From an uncultured Collinsella sp. (GTDB lineage Bacteria > Actinomycetota > Coriobacteriia > Coriobacteriales > Coriobacteriaceae), in the NCBI GenBank assembly GCA_937937835.1, contig CALDBJ010000127.1, forward strand, positions 5,562-69,561: DNA of 64,000 nucleotides, in the 5' to 3' direction. The notes under the pieces were generated by a model. The model did not search any database. It was not told the DNA's origin and saw only the letters and a list, made by a program, of their open reading frames with translations. This document shows positions 20,602-30,161 of the stretch, in pieces (position 1 is the first letter of the stretch; every line of letters starts with the position of its first letter). The position numbers and the translations under genes are program-made.

Positions 20602-20877
20602 ATGACTGCATCGCTGCGCTCGGCTGTGCCTTTGCGCAAGAAAGAAATATACGGGAAGTCACGCCATGACGCAAGCCCCAATTTTGACTTTTTTGAAATT
20701 CGGTCAAATTGGCCTAATTTCGTCCAACCCGTGAAGGACCTGTGAAGCCGACCGCTGTACACGAAGGGCAAAACGCCGCGAGCGGTAGCCGTCAACCGTT
20801 GGCAGATTCTACTGCGAAAACGATAGCACCAGGCAACACAATCGAAGTATCAATGATCGCGTAGATATCGAGGCGCC

Positions 20878-21288
20878 ATGGACGAAGAGCTTGATTACCT
20901 ATGGGAGACCCTGGGCCTCGAGATCACTGCCGACCTTTGGCCCGAACGGGACAAAATCCATCCCACGCTGCGCCCCGCCATCACGGTGATGCAGGCAAAT
21001 TACCGCCACGCCTCATTTTTGATCATGCGGACGTCATGGCATGCGGCGCTCCCCGACCTCAAGCGCATCCAGGCAAGCCTCGTCGAGCTGTCCGGCATGC
21101 CGACCGTCATATCCGAGACGAACCTGGAGCAGCGGCAGCGCGAGCGCCTGCAGCGGCAACGGATTCCGTTTATCTGTCCCGGCGTTCAGGCATACCTGCC
21201 CTTTATGGACGAGGAGTACTGGAGCGGCAAGCCCAACAAGCACGTAAAGGTCTACGATCCGCACGAATGGGCGCGGCTTGAGGATTAG
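20878..21288 (+). CDS. Hypothetical protein resembling the N-terminal part of MarR/AbiEi-associated regulators
   Basis: RERLQRQRIPFICPGVQAYLPFM motif; protein ends soon after, with no visible HTH. Confidence 0.55.
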   Translation: MDEELDYLWETLGLEITADLWPERDKIHPTLRPAITVMQANYRHASFLIMRTSWHAALPDLKRIQASLVELSGMPTVISETNLEQRQRERLQRQRIPFICPGVQAYLPFMDEEYWSGKPNKHVKVYDPHEWARLED

Positions 21289-21305
21289 CGCATATGCCCG
21301 CCAAC

Positions 21306-21477
21306 CGGAAAGCTCATCCCGGAATTTACGTCCAGAACGGGACGCGCTTTCCCCTAGAGGCCCCAAACGGAAACCGTATCCCAGATTTCGCGCTCAAACT
21401 GGGATACGGTTTCCGCTAGCCCCTTCAACCGGAAACTGCGTCCCGGAATCCGAGCTCAAAACGGGTCGCACTTTCCG
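21306..21477. repeat. Family E hairpin array, 3 x 48 bp, 62-bp period
   Basis: CGGAAA-N5-TCCC...GGG-N6-TTTCC(G/C) units starting at 21306, 21368 and 21430. Confidence 0.85.
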
Positions 21478-21483
21478 CAGCCG

Positions 21484-21843
21484 CTACAGAAACGCCTCGG
21501 CCCAAGCCGCTTCCCTAAAGCCGGGAATCGCAAAGTCGTCGCCCACCAGCAGCGGACGCTTGACCAGCATGCCGTCGGTCGCCAGCAGCTCGTAGCACTC
21601 CCGATCCGTCATGCCCGCATCCAGACGCGCCTTCAGGCCCAGCTCTCGATATTTCATGCCCGACGAATTAAAGAAGCGCCGCACCGGCAGCCCCGAACGA
21701 GCAATCCAGGTCGCAAGCTCATCAGCCGTGGGATTGTCCAAAACGATATCGCGATCGATATACTCTACCCCATGTTCGTCCAGCCATGCCTTGGCCTTCT
21801 TACAGGTCGAGCACTTGGGATATTCAACAAACAATACCGCCAT
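21484..21843 (-). CDS. ArsC/Spx/MgsR family protein
   Basis: YPKCSTCKKAKAWL, FFNSSGMKYRELGL, GMLVKRPLL. Confidence 0.92.
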   Translation of the reverse strand: MAVLFVEYPKCSTCKKAKAWLDEHGVEYIDRDIVLDNPTADELATWIARSGLPVRRFFNSSGMKYRELGLKARLDAGMTDRECYELLATDGMLVKRPLLVGDDFAIPGFREAAWAEAFL

Positions 21844-21965
21844 GGGATTTCCTTTCTTAGAGAAAACAGGTGTCTGGAAAACTGCACATCGACGACCACT
21901 CGCGATTGCAACCGTTATTGTAGTCAATGTCGAAGCATAGGCAGTCGCGATGTCTCGTCTTAAGG

Positions 21966-22589
21966 CTAGCGCCTCGCATGGGCGCCGATCGGCCGAGTCG
22001 CATGGCGCACCAACGCCGCTGCCAGCAATACCAACAGCATGGCGGTGACATAGCCCGCAGCATCGAATCCTAAATCGATAACGTCGAAATGCCTGCCGGG
22101 AACAAAGATCTTATGTACCTGATCGCCAACGGAGCAGGCGACGCAAAAGAGCAATACGGGCACGCAACGGGAGCATACGCTCCACGGACGCCTGGAAAAG
22201 CAAACCACGACCACCGAGGCGAACAATCCGACGAAGAAAAACTCTACGGTATGGGCAACGCGACGGACGTTTGTGCCCGCCCACATGCGAATGGAAGCAA
22301 GTCGGCCAGACCGGACATTCGAGGCAGCCGAATCGGTGCCCCCGGTCATTCCGTTCTCCGTCTGGGCTTCACCCGTGGCATCGGCAGCCTGAACGCCCGT
22401 AGCCTGACCCTCCACCACACGCGCGGTGGACTCGCTCAGCAACGACGTCTCCACCGCATTTTGCTCCGTCAGCACCCAGATGCCCGCCAGCGTTGCAGCG
22501 AACAGAACGATCGCGGTCCATCCGATTATTTGTTTTACACGCGCCAAGGGCCAACCTCCTTTTTTGAATATCAGCGAGTGTAGCCCCAA
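21966..22589 (-). CDS. VanZ family membrane protein
   Basis: VRRVAHTVEF, DQVHKIFVPGR..D...D; start uncertain. Confidence 0.75.
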   Translation of the reverse strand: MGLHSLIFKKGGWPLARVKQIIGWTAIVLFAATLAGIWVLTEQNAVETSLLSESTARVVEGQATGVQAADATGEAQTENGMTGGTDSAASNVRSGRLASIRMWAGTNVRRVAHTVEFFFVGLFASVVVVCFSRRPWSVCSRCVPVLLFCVACSVGDQVHKIFVPGRHFDVIDLGFDAAGYVTAMLLVLLAAALVRHATRPIGAHARR

Positions 22590-22651
22590 ATGACATCGTC
22601 ACCGTATCAAAATTTGAATCGCAACAGGAAGCGACAAAGCGACGCAAACCC

Positions 22652-23257
22652 CTACCCCGCCTCGCGCATCCAGCGATCGAACGTCCCCACGCACACGCCC
22701 AGGCTTTTTGCTGCCTGGCTGCGGGTAATATCGCCTGCCTCATAGCTATCGCGCACCAGCTCAAACTGAGGAGGGCACGGCTTGCGAGGTCGACCGAAAC
22801 GGACCCCTCGCGCCCGCGCCGCTGCAATCCCCTCCGCCTGGCGCCGATGGATATTCTCGCGCTCCACCTGCGCCACGTAGCTCAGCAGCTGCAGCACAAT
22901 ATCAGCAATCAGGGTGTTAGTCACATCCGGCGCGCCGCTGGCCCTGGCGCGCGTGTCAAGCAATGGCATATCCAACACCACAATGGCAACCCCGAGCACC
23001 TTGGTAATGCGTCGCCATTCCTCAAGAATCTCGGAGTAATTACGGCCAAGTCGGTCGATAGAAAGCACCACCAGCACGTCCCCGTCTCCCAGGACGTGCA
23101 GCAGCTCGCGATAACGCGGTCGATCGAAGTCCTTGCCGCTCGCATGGTCGGCATAAATATTCGCCGAGCCCACGCCATAGGCGCCCAGCGCATCCAGCTG
23201 CCGATTAAGATTCTGATCGCGCGAACTCACCCGCGCATAACCGTACACCGTCGCCAT
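22652..23257 (-). CDS. Small serine recombinase (resolvase/invertase)
   Basis: YGYARVSSRDQ catalytic motif, SIDRLGRN, ERENI..RQAEG, GRPRK and a C-terminal HTH. Confidence 0.93.
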   Translation of the reverse strand: MATVYGYARVSSRDQNLNRQLDALGAYGVGSANIYADHASGKDFDRPRYRELLHVLGDGDVLVVLSIDRLGRNYSEILEEWRRITKVLGVAIVVLDMPLLDTRARASGAPDVTNTLIADIVLQLLSYVAQVERENIHRRQAEGIAAARARGVRFGRPRKPCPPQFELVRDSYEAGDITRSQAAKSLGVCVGTFDRWMREAG

Positions 23258-23274
23258 CTCATCCCCGCTTTCTT

Positions 23275-23317
23275 GTAAACCTGCCAAAAGGGACAGGTTT
23301 ATTTTGGTAGGTTTTAC
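23275..23317. repeat. Family D hairpin
   Basis: ACCTGCCA-AAAGGGACAGGTTTATTT-TGGTAGGT; near-identical to 36343-36377. Confidence 0.7.
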
Positions 23318-23433
23318 CTCTCAAATAGCAGGTAAGCGGGCGGCCGAGCAGACGGCAAGGTAGCCACGATTCAAATGCGAAGGGCGGTCCCGAAAGGCCG
23401 CCCTCCGCTCCCCCACCATGAGTCGGGATTTGG

Positions 23434-25569
23434 CTAATGGATAAGCTTAAAGTCCAAGTGCCCACGCGTGGTATTGACGCGCGAGACCTCGATAATCACG
23501 CGCTGCCCCAGCTCGTAACGGGTGCCCGTGTCGGCACCTGTGAGCGTGAGCGCGTCCTCGTCGAACTCGAACCACTCGTTGCCCAGACTCTTGATCGAAA
23601 CCAAGCCTTCGACCTGCGTTAGGTCCAAGCGCACAAAAAGGCCCATGCTGCTAACCCACGAGACGGTTCCGGCATAGCGCTCGCCCAGACGGTCCTCATA
23701 GTACTGGGCAATCTTGATCTTTTGCGTCGCATGGCTGGCGGCATCTGCCGCGCGCTCGGCATCGCTGCATGCGCGGCAGATCTGCGGCAGAATGCGCGGC
23801 AGTGACTCGCGCCCCTTGCCGATCAGGCGCGGCGTACGGACCAGGGCGTCCTTGCCGCCCAGCTGCTCATAGGCCAACTGCAGCTTGAGTACGCGGTGCA
23901 CCACCAGATCGGGGTAGCGACGGATGGGACTCGTAAAGTGACAGTAGCACGGCGCGGCGAGCGCAAAGTGGCCCTCGTTGCGCGGCTTGTACAGCGCGCG
24001 CTGCATGCTGCGCAGAAGCAGCGTGTTAACGAGCGGTGCGTTGGCCGTACCGGCGGCAGCATCAACTGCAGCCTGCAGCTCATCGGGGCTCCCCAGGGCA
24101 ATACCGGCAGCACGGCGATCGTCGATGATGCCTAGCTGCGCCAGCGCAACGGCGGCACCGTGCAGGCTATCGGGGCTCGGATCTTCATGCACGCGATAGC
24201 AGGCCTCGATATCACGGTCTGCCAGCCACTCTGCAACGCACTCGTTGGCGAGCAGCATGGCTTCCTCGATAAGCGACGTGGCACACGAACGCTCACGCGC
24301 CACAATCTGCACGGGCACTCCGTCCTCATCCAATAGAGCGCGAATCTCGGCTGTGTCAAAATCGACTGAGCCGCGGGCGCGACGAATACGACGGCGAAGT
24401 TCGGCGAGTTCGTTAGCGGAGACAAGGAAATCGCCGAGGTCGATGTTGTAGCCGCGGGCGGCCTCCTCGCACGCAAGACCGCGCTCAAGCGCTTCCTCGC
24501 GCGAGGTCTCGGCAGCCGCAACATCCTCGGCTGCACCCTCCAGCACCGAATACTCAACCGCGCCGGCACGCACCAGCAGCGCCTCGGCGCCGTCATAGTC
24601 CATACGCACACGCGAGCGAATCACGCTGGGATACGGATCGTAATGCCGCACGCGACCCTGCGCATCGAGCTCGATATCGACGGTAAACGCAAGACGGTCC
24701 TCGTCAGGGCGAAGCGAGCACAGGTCATTGGACAGGCGTTCGGGCAGCATGGGAAGCACGCGATCGGCCAGATACACCGATGTCGCACGATGGCGAGCCT
24801 CAAGATCGATATGCCCGTCCCAAGCCACATAGTGTGAAACGTCGGCGATATGCACACCCAGCTTGTAGCCACCCTCGGGCGTGCGCTCCAACGAAATGGC
24901 ATCGTCAAAGTCGCGCGCGTCGACCGGGTCGATCGTGATGACAAAGCGGTCGCGCAGATCGCGGCGGAGCGGGTCCTTAAGCGCCGCGGACACATCGAGC
25001 GAAAGCCCCTCGGCCTCGTCCAGCGCGGCCTCGGGATAGCTATCGGTATAGCCGTAACGCGCCATCACATATTGAACGCCCAAATCGGACGCGTCATCTC
25101 CGCCAATGCGGCGCTCGATCGTCACGGTACCCGATTCCAGGCGCGTCGGGTAGGTCAAAATGCGCGCGACAACAGCATCACCCGGGTGGACACCCAGACG
25201 ATCCGCCGAGGTATCCTCGGGCAGAATGAAGAAGTCGGCCTTCAGACGCGAATCGAGCGGCTCGATCACACCGAGCGGACCGGCGGTCTGGTACGTGCCC
25301 ACCACGCTTATGGCTGCACGCTCAACCACGCTTTCGATCACGGCGCGCCGCTCACCGTGCGGGCTGTTCTTAATGCTCACGGCAACGGTATCGCCATCCA
25401 TGATCTCGCGCTTACCGCGGCCCATGACCTTGTAGTCGCCGTTTTCGGTTACAACGTAGGCGCTATGCTCATGGAGCTGCACGCGCCCGGTCAGGCTCGG
25501 ACGGCGTTCGCTGCGCACCGGCCCGCGCTGATTGCGAGCTCCACGCTTATGCTTGTTATTGCGCCCCAT
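23434..25569 (-). CDS. rnr: Ribonuclease R
   Basis: TIDPVDARDFDDA, HFTSPIRRYPDL and a C-terminal S1 domain. Confidence 0.93.
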   Translation of the reverse strand: MGRNNKHKRGARNQRGPVRSERRPSLTGRVQLHEHSAYVVTENGDYKVMGRGKREIMDGDTVAVSIKNSPHGERRAVIESVVERAAISVVGTYQTAGPLGVIEPLDSRLKADFFILPEDTSADRLGVHPGDAVVARILTYPTRLESGTVTIERRIGGDDASDLGVQYVMARYGYTDSYPEAALDEAEGLSLDVSAALKDPLRRDLRDRFVITIDPVDARDFDDAISLERTPEGGYKLGVHIADVSHYVAWDGHIDLEARHRATSVYLADRVLPMLPERLSNDLCSLRPDEDRLAFTVDIELDAQGRVRHYDPYPSVIRSRVRMDYDGAEALLVRAGAVEYSVLEGAAEDVAAAETSREEALERGLACEEAARGYNIDLGDFLVSANELAELRRRIRRARGSVDFDTAEIRALLDEDGVPVQIVARERSCATSLIEEAMLLANECVAEWLADRDIEACYRVHEDPSPDSLHGAAVALAQLGIIDDRRAAGIALGSPDELQAAVDAAAGTANAPLVNTLLLRSMQRALYKPRNEGHFALAAPCYCHFTSPIRRYPDLVVHRVLKLQLAYEQLGGKDALVRTPRLIGKGRESLPRILPQICRACSDAERAADAASHATQKIKIAQYYEDRLGERYAGTVSWVSSMGLFVRLDLTQVEGLVSIKSLGNEWFEFDEDALTLTGADTGTRYELGQRVIIEVSRVNTTRGHLDFKLIH

Positions 25570-25704
25570 GGCGCCTCCTAACTATCGATTGCGAACTCCA
25601 AAGAGTCTACCCAAATGATTCGCTTTCCTGCCGTCCCCTAGGGATCAAAAAACGGGCCGCCCCATAAGAGACGACCCGTTGGAAGGGATGAATTCCAAGC
25701 ATGC

Positions 25705-26625
25705 CTACACGCGCAGGTAGCGGCGCATGGCGATGGCAGAACCAAAGAGACCGATAATCACACCGACCAGAATCAGCGCAGCATAGGTCACCAGGTAGTA
25801 CTGCATCGGCAGGGCAAACGACATCCAGCCGATGCTCTCCTGCAGACGCGGAATCATCAGATTGCGCAGCAGCTCCAGAACGCCGATGGAAAGCAGCGAG
25901 CCCAAAATGGCCTGCAGCACGCCCTCGGTGATAAACGGGCCACGAATGAAGCCGTTGCTGGCGCCGACCAGACGCATAATCGCAATCTCACGACGACGCG
26001 CCGTGATGGACAGGCGAATCGTGTTGTTGATGAAGATGAATGCGATAAAGGTCAGAAGACCAACGAGCACCACGGCGGCGATGCGGATGTAGTTGGTCAC
26101 CTGGAACAGGCGGCTCACTTCCTCCTGGCCGTACAGCACGCTCGCGTTGACGTCGCCGTCATCCGCGATCTTCTGGAAATCGGCATCCTTCTTGAGCTTC
26201 TTTGCCGTGCTCTCGACCTTGGACGGATCGTCCATCTCAATAGCGAAGGAAGCCGGCAGCGGGTTCTGGCCATCGAGCGCGCTCATGGTGGCGTCGGCGT
26301 TGCCCGACATCTTGCTCGTATACTCGGCCAGCGCGTCGTCCTTGTCCTTATAGGTCACGGACTTGACGTTATTCCACGTCTTAAGCTCGGCCTCAAAAGC
26401 CTGAACATCGGCCTGATCGGCGTCATCACTAATGAACGCGTTGATGACAACCTGATCCTCGACGGTGCCGATCACGGAGTTCAGCATCGCAGAGCCCATG
26501 ATGAACAGGCCGATGATAAACAGCGAAAGGAAGATCGTGATGACGGCGCCGAGCGAGGTAGTCCAGTTACGGAAGAAGTGGCTGATTGCCTCTTTGAAGG
26601 AGTAGCCCACGTTAGTTGGTGCCAT
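25705..26625 (-). CDS. ftsX: Cell division permease FtsX
   Basis: NPLP, INNTIRLSITARRREIAIMRLVGA..FIRGPF. Confidence 0.95.
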   Translation of the reverse strand: MAPTNVGYSFKEAISHFFRNWTTSLGAVITIFLSLFIIGLFIMGSAMLNSVIGTVEDQVVINAFISDDADQADVQAFEAELKTWNNVKSVTYKDKDDALAEYTSKMSGNADATMSALDGQNPLPASFAIEMDDPSKVESTAKKLKKDADFQKIADDGDVNASVLYGQEEVSRLFQVTNYIRIAAVVLVGLLTFIAFIFINNTIRLSITARRREIAIMRLVGASNGFIRGPFITEGVLQAILGSLLSIGVLELLRNLMIPRLQESIGWMSFALPMQYYLVTYAALILVGVIIGLFGSAIAMRRYLRV

Positions 26626-27832
26626 AGTTGCCGTAACCTCCCCTCTCCTGGTCGCGGATGACGTGGCCGCCCTCGAGGGCGATCACGCGACGGTGCATGC
26701 TATCGACCATCTCGCGGTCGTGCGTGGCGACGATCACGGTGGTGCCGGTGCGGTTAATACGCTCAAGCAGCTTCATGATGCCCAGCGAGATCGCCGGGTC
26801 GAGGTTACCCGTGGGCTCGTCGCAGATCAGCAGCGGCGGACGGTTGACCATAGCGCGGGCGACGGCAACGCGCTGCTGCTCGCCACCGGAAAGCTGGTCG
26901 GGCAGCGAGTCCATCTGATCGGCCAGACCGACCAGACGCAGCACCTCGGGCACCTGGCTGCGAATGACGCCCTTGGGCTTGCCGATGCACTGAAGGGCAA
27001 ACGCCACGTTTTCGTAGGCGGTCTTTTGCGGCAGAAGCTTAAAGTCCTGGAACACGGCGCCAATCTGGCGGCGCAGGAACGGAACCTTGCGGTTCTTGAT
27101 CTTCATGAGGTCCTGACCGGCAACCAGGATGCGGCCGCTCGTCGGCTTGACGTCGCGGTTGAGCGTCGACAGCAGTGTGGTCTTACCCGAGCCGGAGTGA
27201 CCGACCAGGAAGACGAACTCGCCCGGATAGATCTCGATGTTGATGTCGTCGAGTGCAGGCTTGTTGGGCTGTGCCGGATAGATCTTGGTGACATGCTCCA
27301 TAAGGATGACGGGCTCGACACCGGCCTGCTTGGCCATCTTCTTGCGGCTGGCCTGCGGATCGATAGGCGCAAACACCGACGTAAAATCGGGGTTGTTGAG
27401 CGCGTTATCGAGGCTTGCGACCTCGGCGGCCTGATCGCTCTCGACCACCGGGGCAGCAGGCTGCGTGGGGTCGGGAATAGCGGCAAAGAGACCGGACTGT
27501 GCAGGCTGAGGAGCCGGCGTCGCAGGGGCCAAGGGGTCGGGAATGCCGGCCATGGTAGGCTGCGGCGTGGCGGCGCCAGCCTGAGGCTGCTCCACGCGAG
27601 CGGTCACGGCCTGAACGGGCTCAAAACCCGCCGTGCCGGAAAGCGCGACATCGCTGGTTGGATTGTAGGCAAAGGGATCGGATGCCGGCTGTGCCTGATC
27701 TGCCGGCTGAGCGGGGGCCTGAGCAACAGGCTGGCCCTCTGAATCCGGAGTGGCGAAACGACTGCCCAGGACGCCTGCCTGCGTCTTGGGGGCATCATCG
27801 CCCGCACCGGAGGTACGGAAGTGGTTACCCAC
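26612..27832 (-). CDS. ftsE: Cell division ATPase FtsE with long N-terminal low-complexity extension
   Basis: GHSGSGKT, VFQDFKLL, LSGGEQQRV, DEPTGNLD; coupled to ftsX; GTG start with an AAGGAG RBS. Confidence 0.92.
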   Translation of the reverse strand: MGNHFRTSGAGDDAPKTQAGVLGSRFATPDSEGQPVAQAPAQPADQAQPASDPFAYNPTSDVALSGTAGFEPVQAVTARVEQPQAGAATPQPTMAGIPDPLAPATPAPQPAQSGLFAAIPDPTQPAAPVVESDQAAEVASLDNALNNPDFTSVFAPIDPQASRKKMAKQAGVEPVILMEHVTKIYPAQPNKPALDDINIEIYPGEFVFLVGHSGSGKTTLLSTLNRDVKPTSGRILVAGQDLMKIKNRKVPFLRRQIGAVFQDFKLLPQKTAYENVAFALQCIGKPKGVIRSQVPEVLRLVGLADQMDSLPDQLSGGEQQRVAVARAMVNRPPLLICDEPTGNLDPAISLGIMKLLERINRTGTTVIVATHDREMVDSMHRRVIALEGGHVIRDQERGGYGNYGTN

Positions 27833-27931
27833 TGGTGCTCCTTATCGTCGTGCGTTTAAACTACATGAGCGCTTTGTATTTTAGCAGCATTAGCTTTGCT
27901 GCACATAAGAAGCATGGCGGGCTTAGGGATC

Positions 27932-28064
27932 CCGCAGGCCGGGTACAGGGTTACTCTCCAAATCGTCCTCGGACATGTCGGAGCCCCCGCTGCGCGCTTC
28001 GCGCTGCGGGGGCTCCTCCGTCCTGCGGAAAGATTTGGAGAGTAACCCTGTACCCGGCCTGCGG
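27932..28064. repeat. Long inverted-repeat (MITE/REPIN-like) element
   Basis: Perfect 33-bp arms at 27932-27964 and 28032-28064 enclosing a GC-rich inner hairpin. Confidence 0.85.
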
Positions 28065-28188
28065 TAACTAAGGAGTCGCTGCGTTTATCTTGAAGTGCTG
28101 CATATACAAAGTTGGAAGGGTCTGAATTGCGCTTTGTCGATATATGCCCTTTTCCCTGATGGGACCGTGCTTGAGGGGCGTCTTCATA

Positions 28189-28255
28189 AGTTGCGGTGAA
28201 ATAGGGACTGTTTTACCAGTTAAAAGGTCTAATCAGTCCCTATTTCACCGCAACT
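28189..28255. repeat. Family B hairpin repeat (67 bp)
   Basis: AGTTGCGGTGAAATAGGGACTG...CAGTCCCTATTTCACCGCAACT, with perfect 22-bp arms. Confidence 0.92.
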
Positions 28256-28344
28256 TAAATTAAGGCTAATTGTTGCGCAACTCGAATTTGAATAATCGCT
28301 TTACATTGGCCTCGATTGGAACGTCTATGGTTGTGGGGGCTGGT

Positions 28345-29076
28345 ATGAATTGTCCTTATTGTGGTACTGAGTTGCGCAATGGCGTGAGGTATTGCACAAC
28401 ATGTGGGGTTACCATCCATGGCATGTCGACTAATTCTGCAATTCGGGTAAAGCCTCGGAATCACATTGCGGTTGTTCTTACCTGCATGTTGGCAATTGCC
28501 ATTGTCGGCGGCAGTTGTTTGGGTCTTCATCTGCGGCAAGCATTGTCTTGTTTTATATCGGCTCATTCGGAGCATGCTATTGTGCTCAACATCTCTGCCG
28601 CAGGTTGGGATACCGATAGCGGGGCCTCACGTGTCCCGATACACATTACGGGCAAGACTGTCGACGGGATAACGGTCGACAAGGTTGAGTTCGTCGCCTC
28701 CGACGGTTCCGGTATCAGCCTCATTCAAGGTGTGTACACGCTCGAGGCGGCAGGTTCCCCCATCGCCACTGATGGCAAGATTTATCAAATTCCCTGTACG
28801 AGCGCGACGCTCGTCCTCGACGATGTCTTTACCGCAGGCGAAACGATCAATCTCGCCGAGCTCGCTGAGCAGGATTCGATACTCACCTTCTGCCCCATCG
28901 ATGCCAGCGATATGACCAACGACGAAATCTATGATGCCGCCCTACTCGCCATGACATATAAAGGCGACGACGCCCCCGACGTTGCCGCACTGTGCCAGGC
29001 AGCAATCAATCGTCGTGCCGCCGCCAGCAAAAGCGAGAACGCCTTCGAAAGTTGCGGTGAAATACGGATTAATTGA
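28345..29076 (+). CDS. Zinc-ribbon membrane-anchored hypothetical protein
   Basis: MNCPYCG...YCTTCG, one TM helix, then a putative extracellular domain; start could be upstream (28270). Confidence 0.75.
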   Translation: MNCPYCGTELRNGVRYCTTCGVTIHGMSTNSAIRVKPRNHIAVVLTCMLAIAIVGGSCLGLHLRQALSCFISAHSEHAIVLNISAAGWDTDSGASRVPIHITGKTVDGITVDKVEFVASDGSGISLIQGVYTLEAAGSPIATDGKIYQIPCTSATLVLDDVFTAGETINLAELAEQDSILTFCPIDASDMTNDEIYDAALLAMTYKGDDAPDVAALCQAAINRRAAASKSENAFESCGEIRIN

Positions 29077-29115
29077 GCCTTTAAGCTGGCAAACAGTCCT
29101 TATTTCACCGCAACT
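29050..29115. repeat. Family B hairpin repeat (66 bp, inverted relative to 28189)
   Basis: AGTTGCGGTGAAATA...TATTTCACCGCAACT; contains the stop codon of the upstream CDS. Confidence 0.9.
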
Positions 29116-29218
29116 GAAACAGGGGCGCTCTCCAAGAGAGCGCCCCTGCCGGGTTTCCATAGTACTGGCGAAACAGTTTTGTAGTTCTGGCGAAGCAGTC
29201 CTTGAGATCCGCCTTGCC

Positions 29219-30160
29219 TTATGCCAAGAACTCCTTGGTGGTCGCCACGATGTTGGCGGCGTCCAGGCCATACTTGTGCAAGAGCTCGGCACCCGGGCCA
29301 GACTCACCGAAGGTGTCGTTGACGCCGATCTTCTTGAGCGGCGTCGGGCACTGCTCGCACAGGACGTCGGCAACGGCGCTGCCCAGGCCACCGATCACGG
29401 AGTGCTCCTCGACGGTCACGACGTGGCCGGTCTTGGTGGCGCTCTTGACGATCAGGTCGGCATCGATGGGCTTGATGGTGTGCATGTTGATGACCTCGGC
29501 GTCGATGCCCTCGGCAGCGAGCTGCTCGGCGGCCTCGAGAGCCTCGCCGACCATCAGGCCGCAGGCGATGATGGTCACATCGGCGCCCTCGCGCATGACA
29601 ATACCCTTACCCAACTCGAACTTGTAGGTCTCGGGATCGTTGATAACCGGCGAGGCCAGACGGGCGAAGCGCATGTACACGGGGCCGTCGCACTCGTAGG
29701 CGGCGCGCGTCACGGCGCGGGCCTCCACGTCGTCGGCGGGAACAATCACGGTCATGCCGGGGATAACGCGCATGAGAGCGATATCCTCGCAGCACTGGTG
29801 CGTGGCGCCGTCCTCGCCCACCGAGATACCGGCGTGCGTGGCACCGATCTTAACGTTAAGGTGCGGGTAGCCGATGGAATTGCGGACCTGCTCAAAGGCG
29901 CGGCCGGCGGCGAACATGGCAAAGGTGCTCGCAAAGGCAACGCGACCGGTGGTTGCGATACCGGCGGCAACACCCATCAGGTTGCTCTCGGCAATACCCA
30001 CATCGAAGAAGCGGTCGGGGCAGGCTGCCTTGAACTTGCCGGTCTGCGTGGCGGCGGCCAGGTCGGCGTCGAGGACCACAAAGTCATCGTGCTCGTTGGC
30101 GAGCTCGACGAGGGCCTCGCCGTAGCTTACGCGCGTGGCGATTTTCTTGACGTCTGCCAT
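29219..30160 (-). CDS. Transketolase C-terminal subunit
   Basis: DADL, GIAESNL, GEDGATHQ, VEEH. Confidence 0.93.
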   Translation of the reverse strand: MADVKKIATRVSYGEALVELANEHDDFVVLDADLAAATQTGKFKAACPDRFFDVGIAESNLMGVAAGIATTGRVAFASTFAMFAAGRAFEQVRNSIGYPHLNVKIGATHAGISVGEDGATHQCCEDIALMRVIPGMTVIVPADDVEARAVTRAAYECDGPVYMRFARLASPVINDPETYKFELGKGIVMREGADVTIIACGLMVGEALEAAEQLAAEGIDAEVINMHTIKPIDADLIVKSATKTGHVVTVEEHSVIGGLGSAVADVLCEQCPTPLKKIGVNDTFGESGPGAELLHKYGLDAANIVATTKEFLA

Positions 30161-30161
30161 C

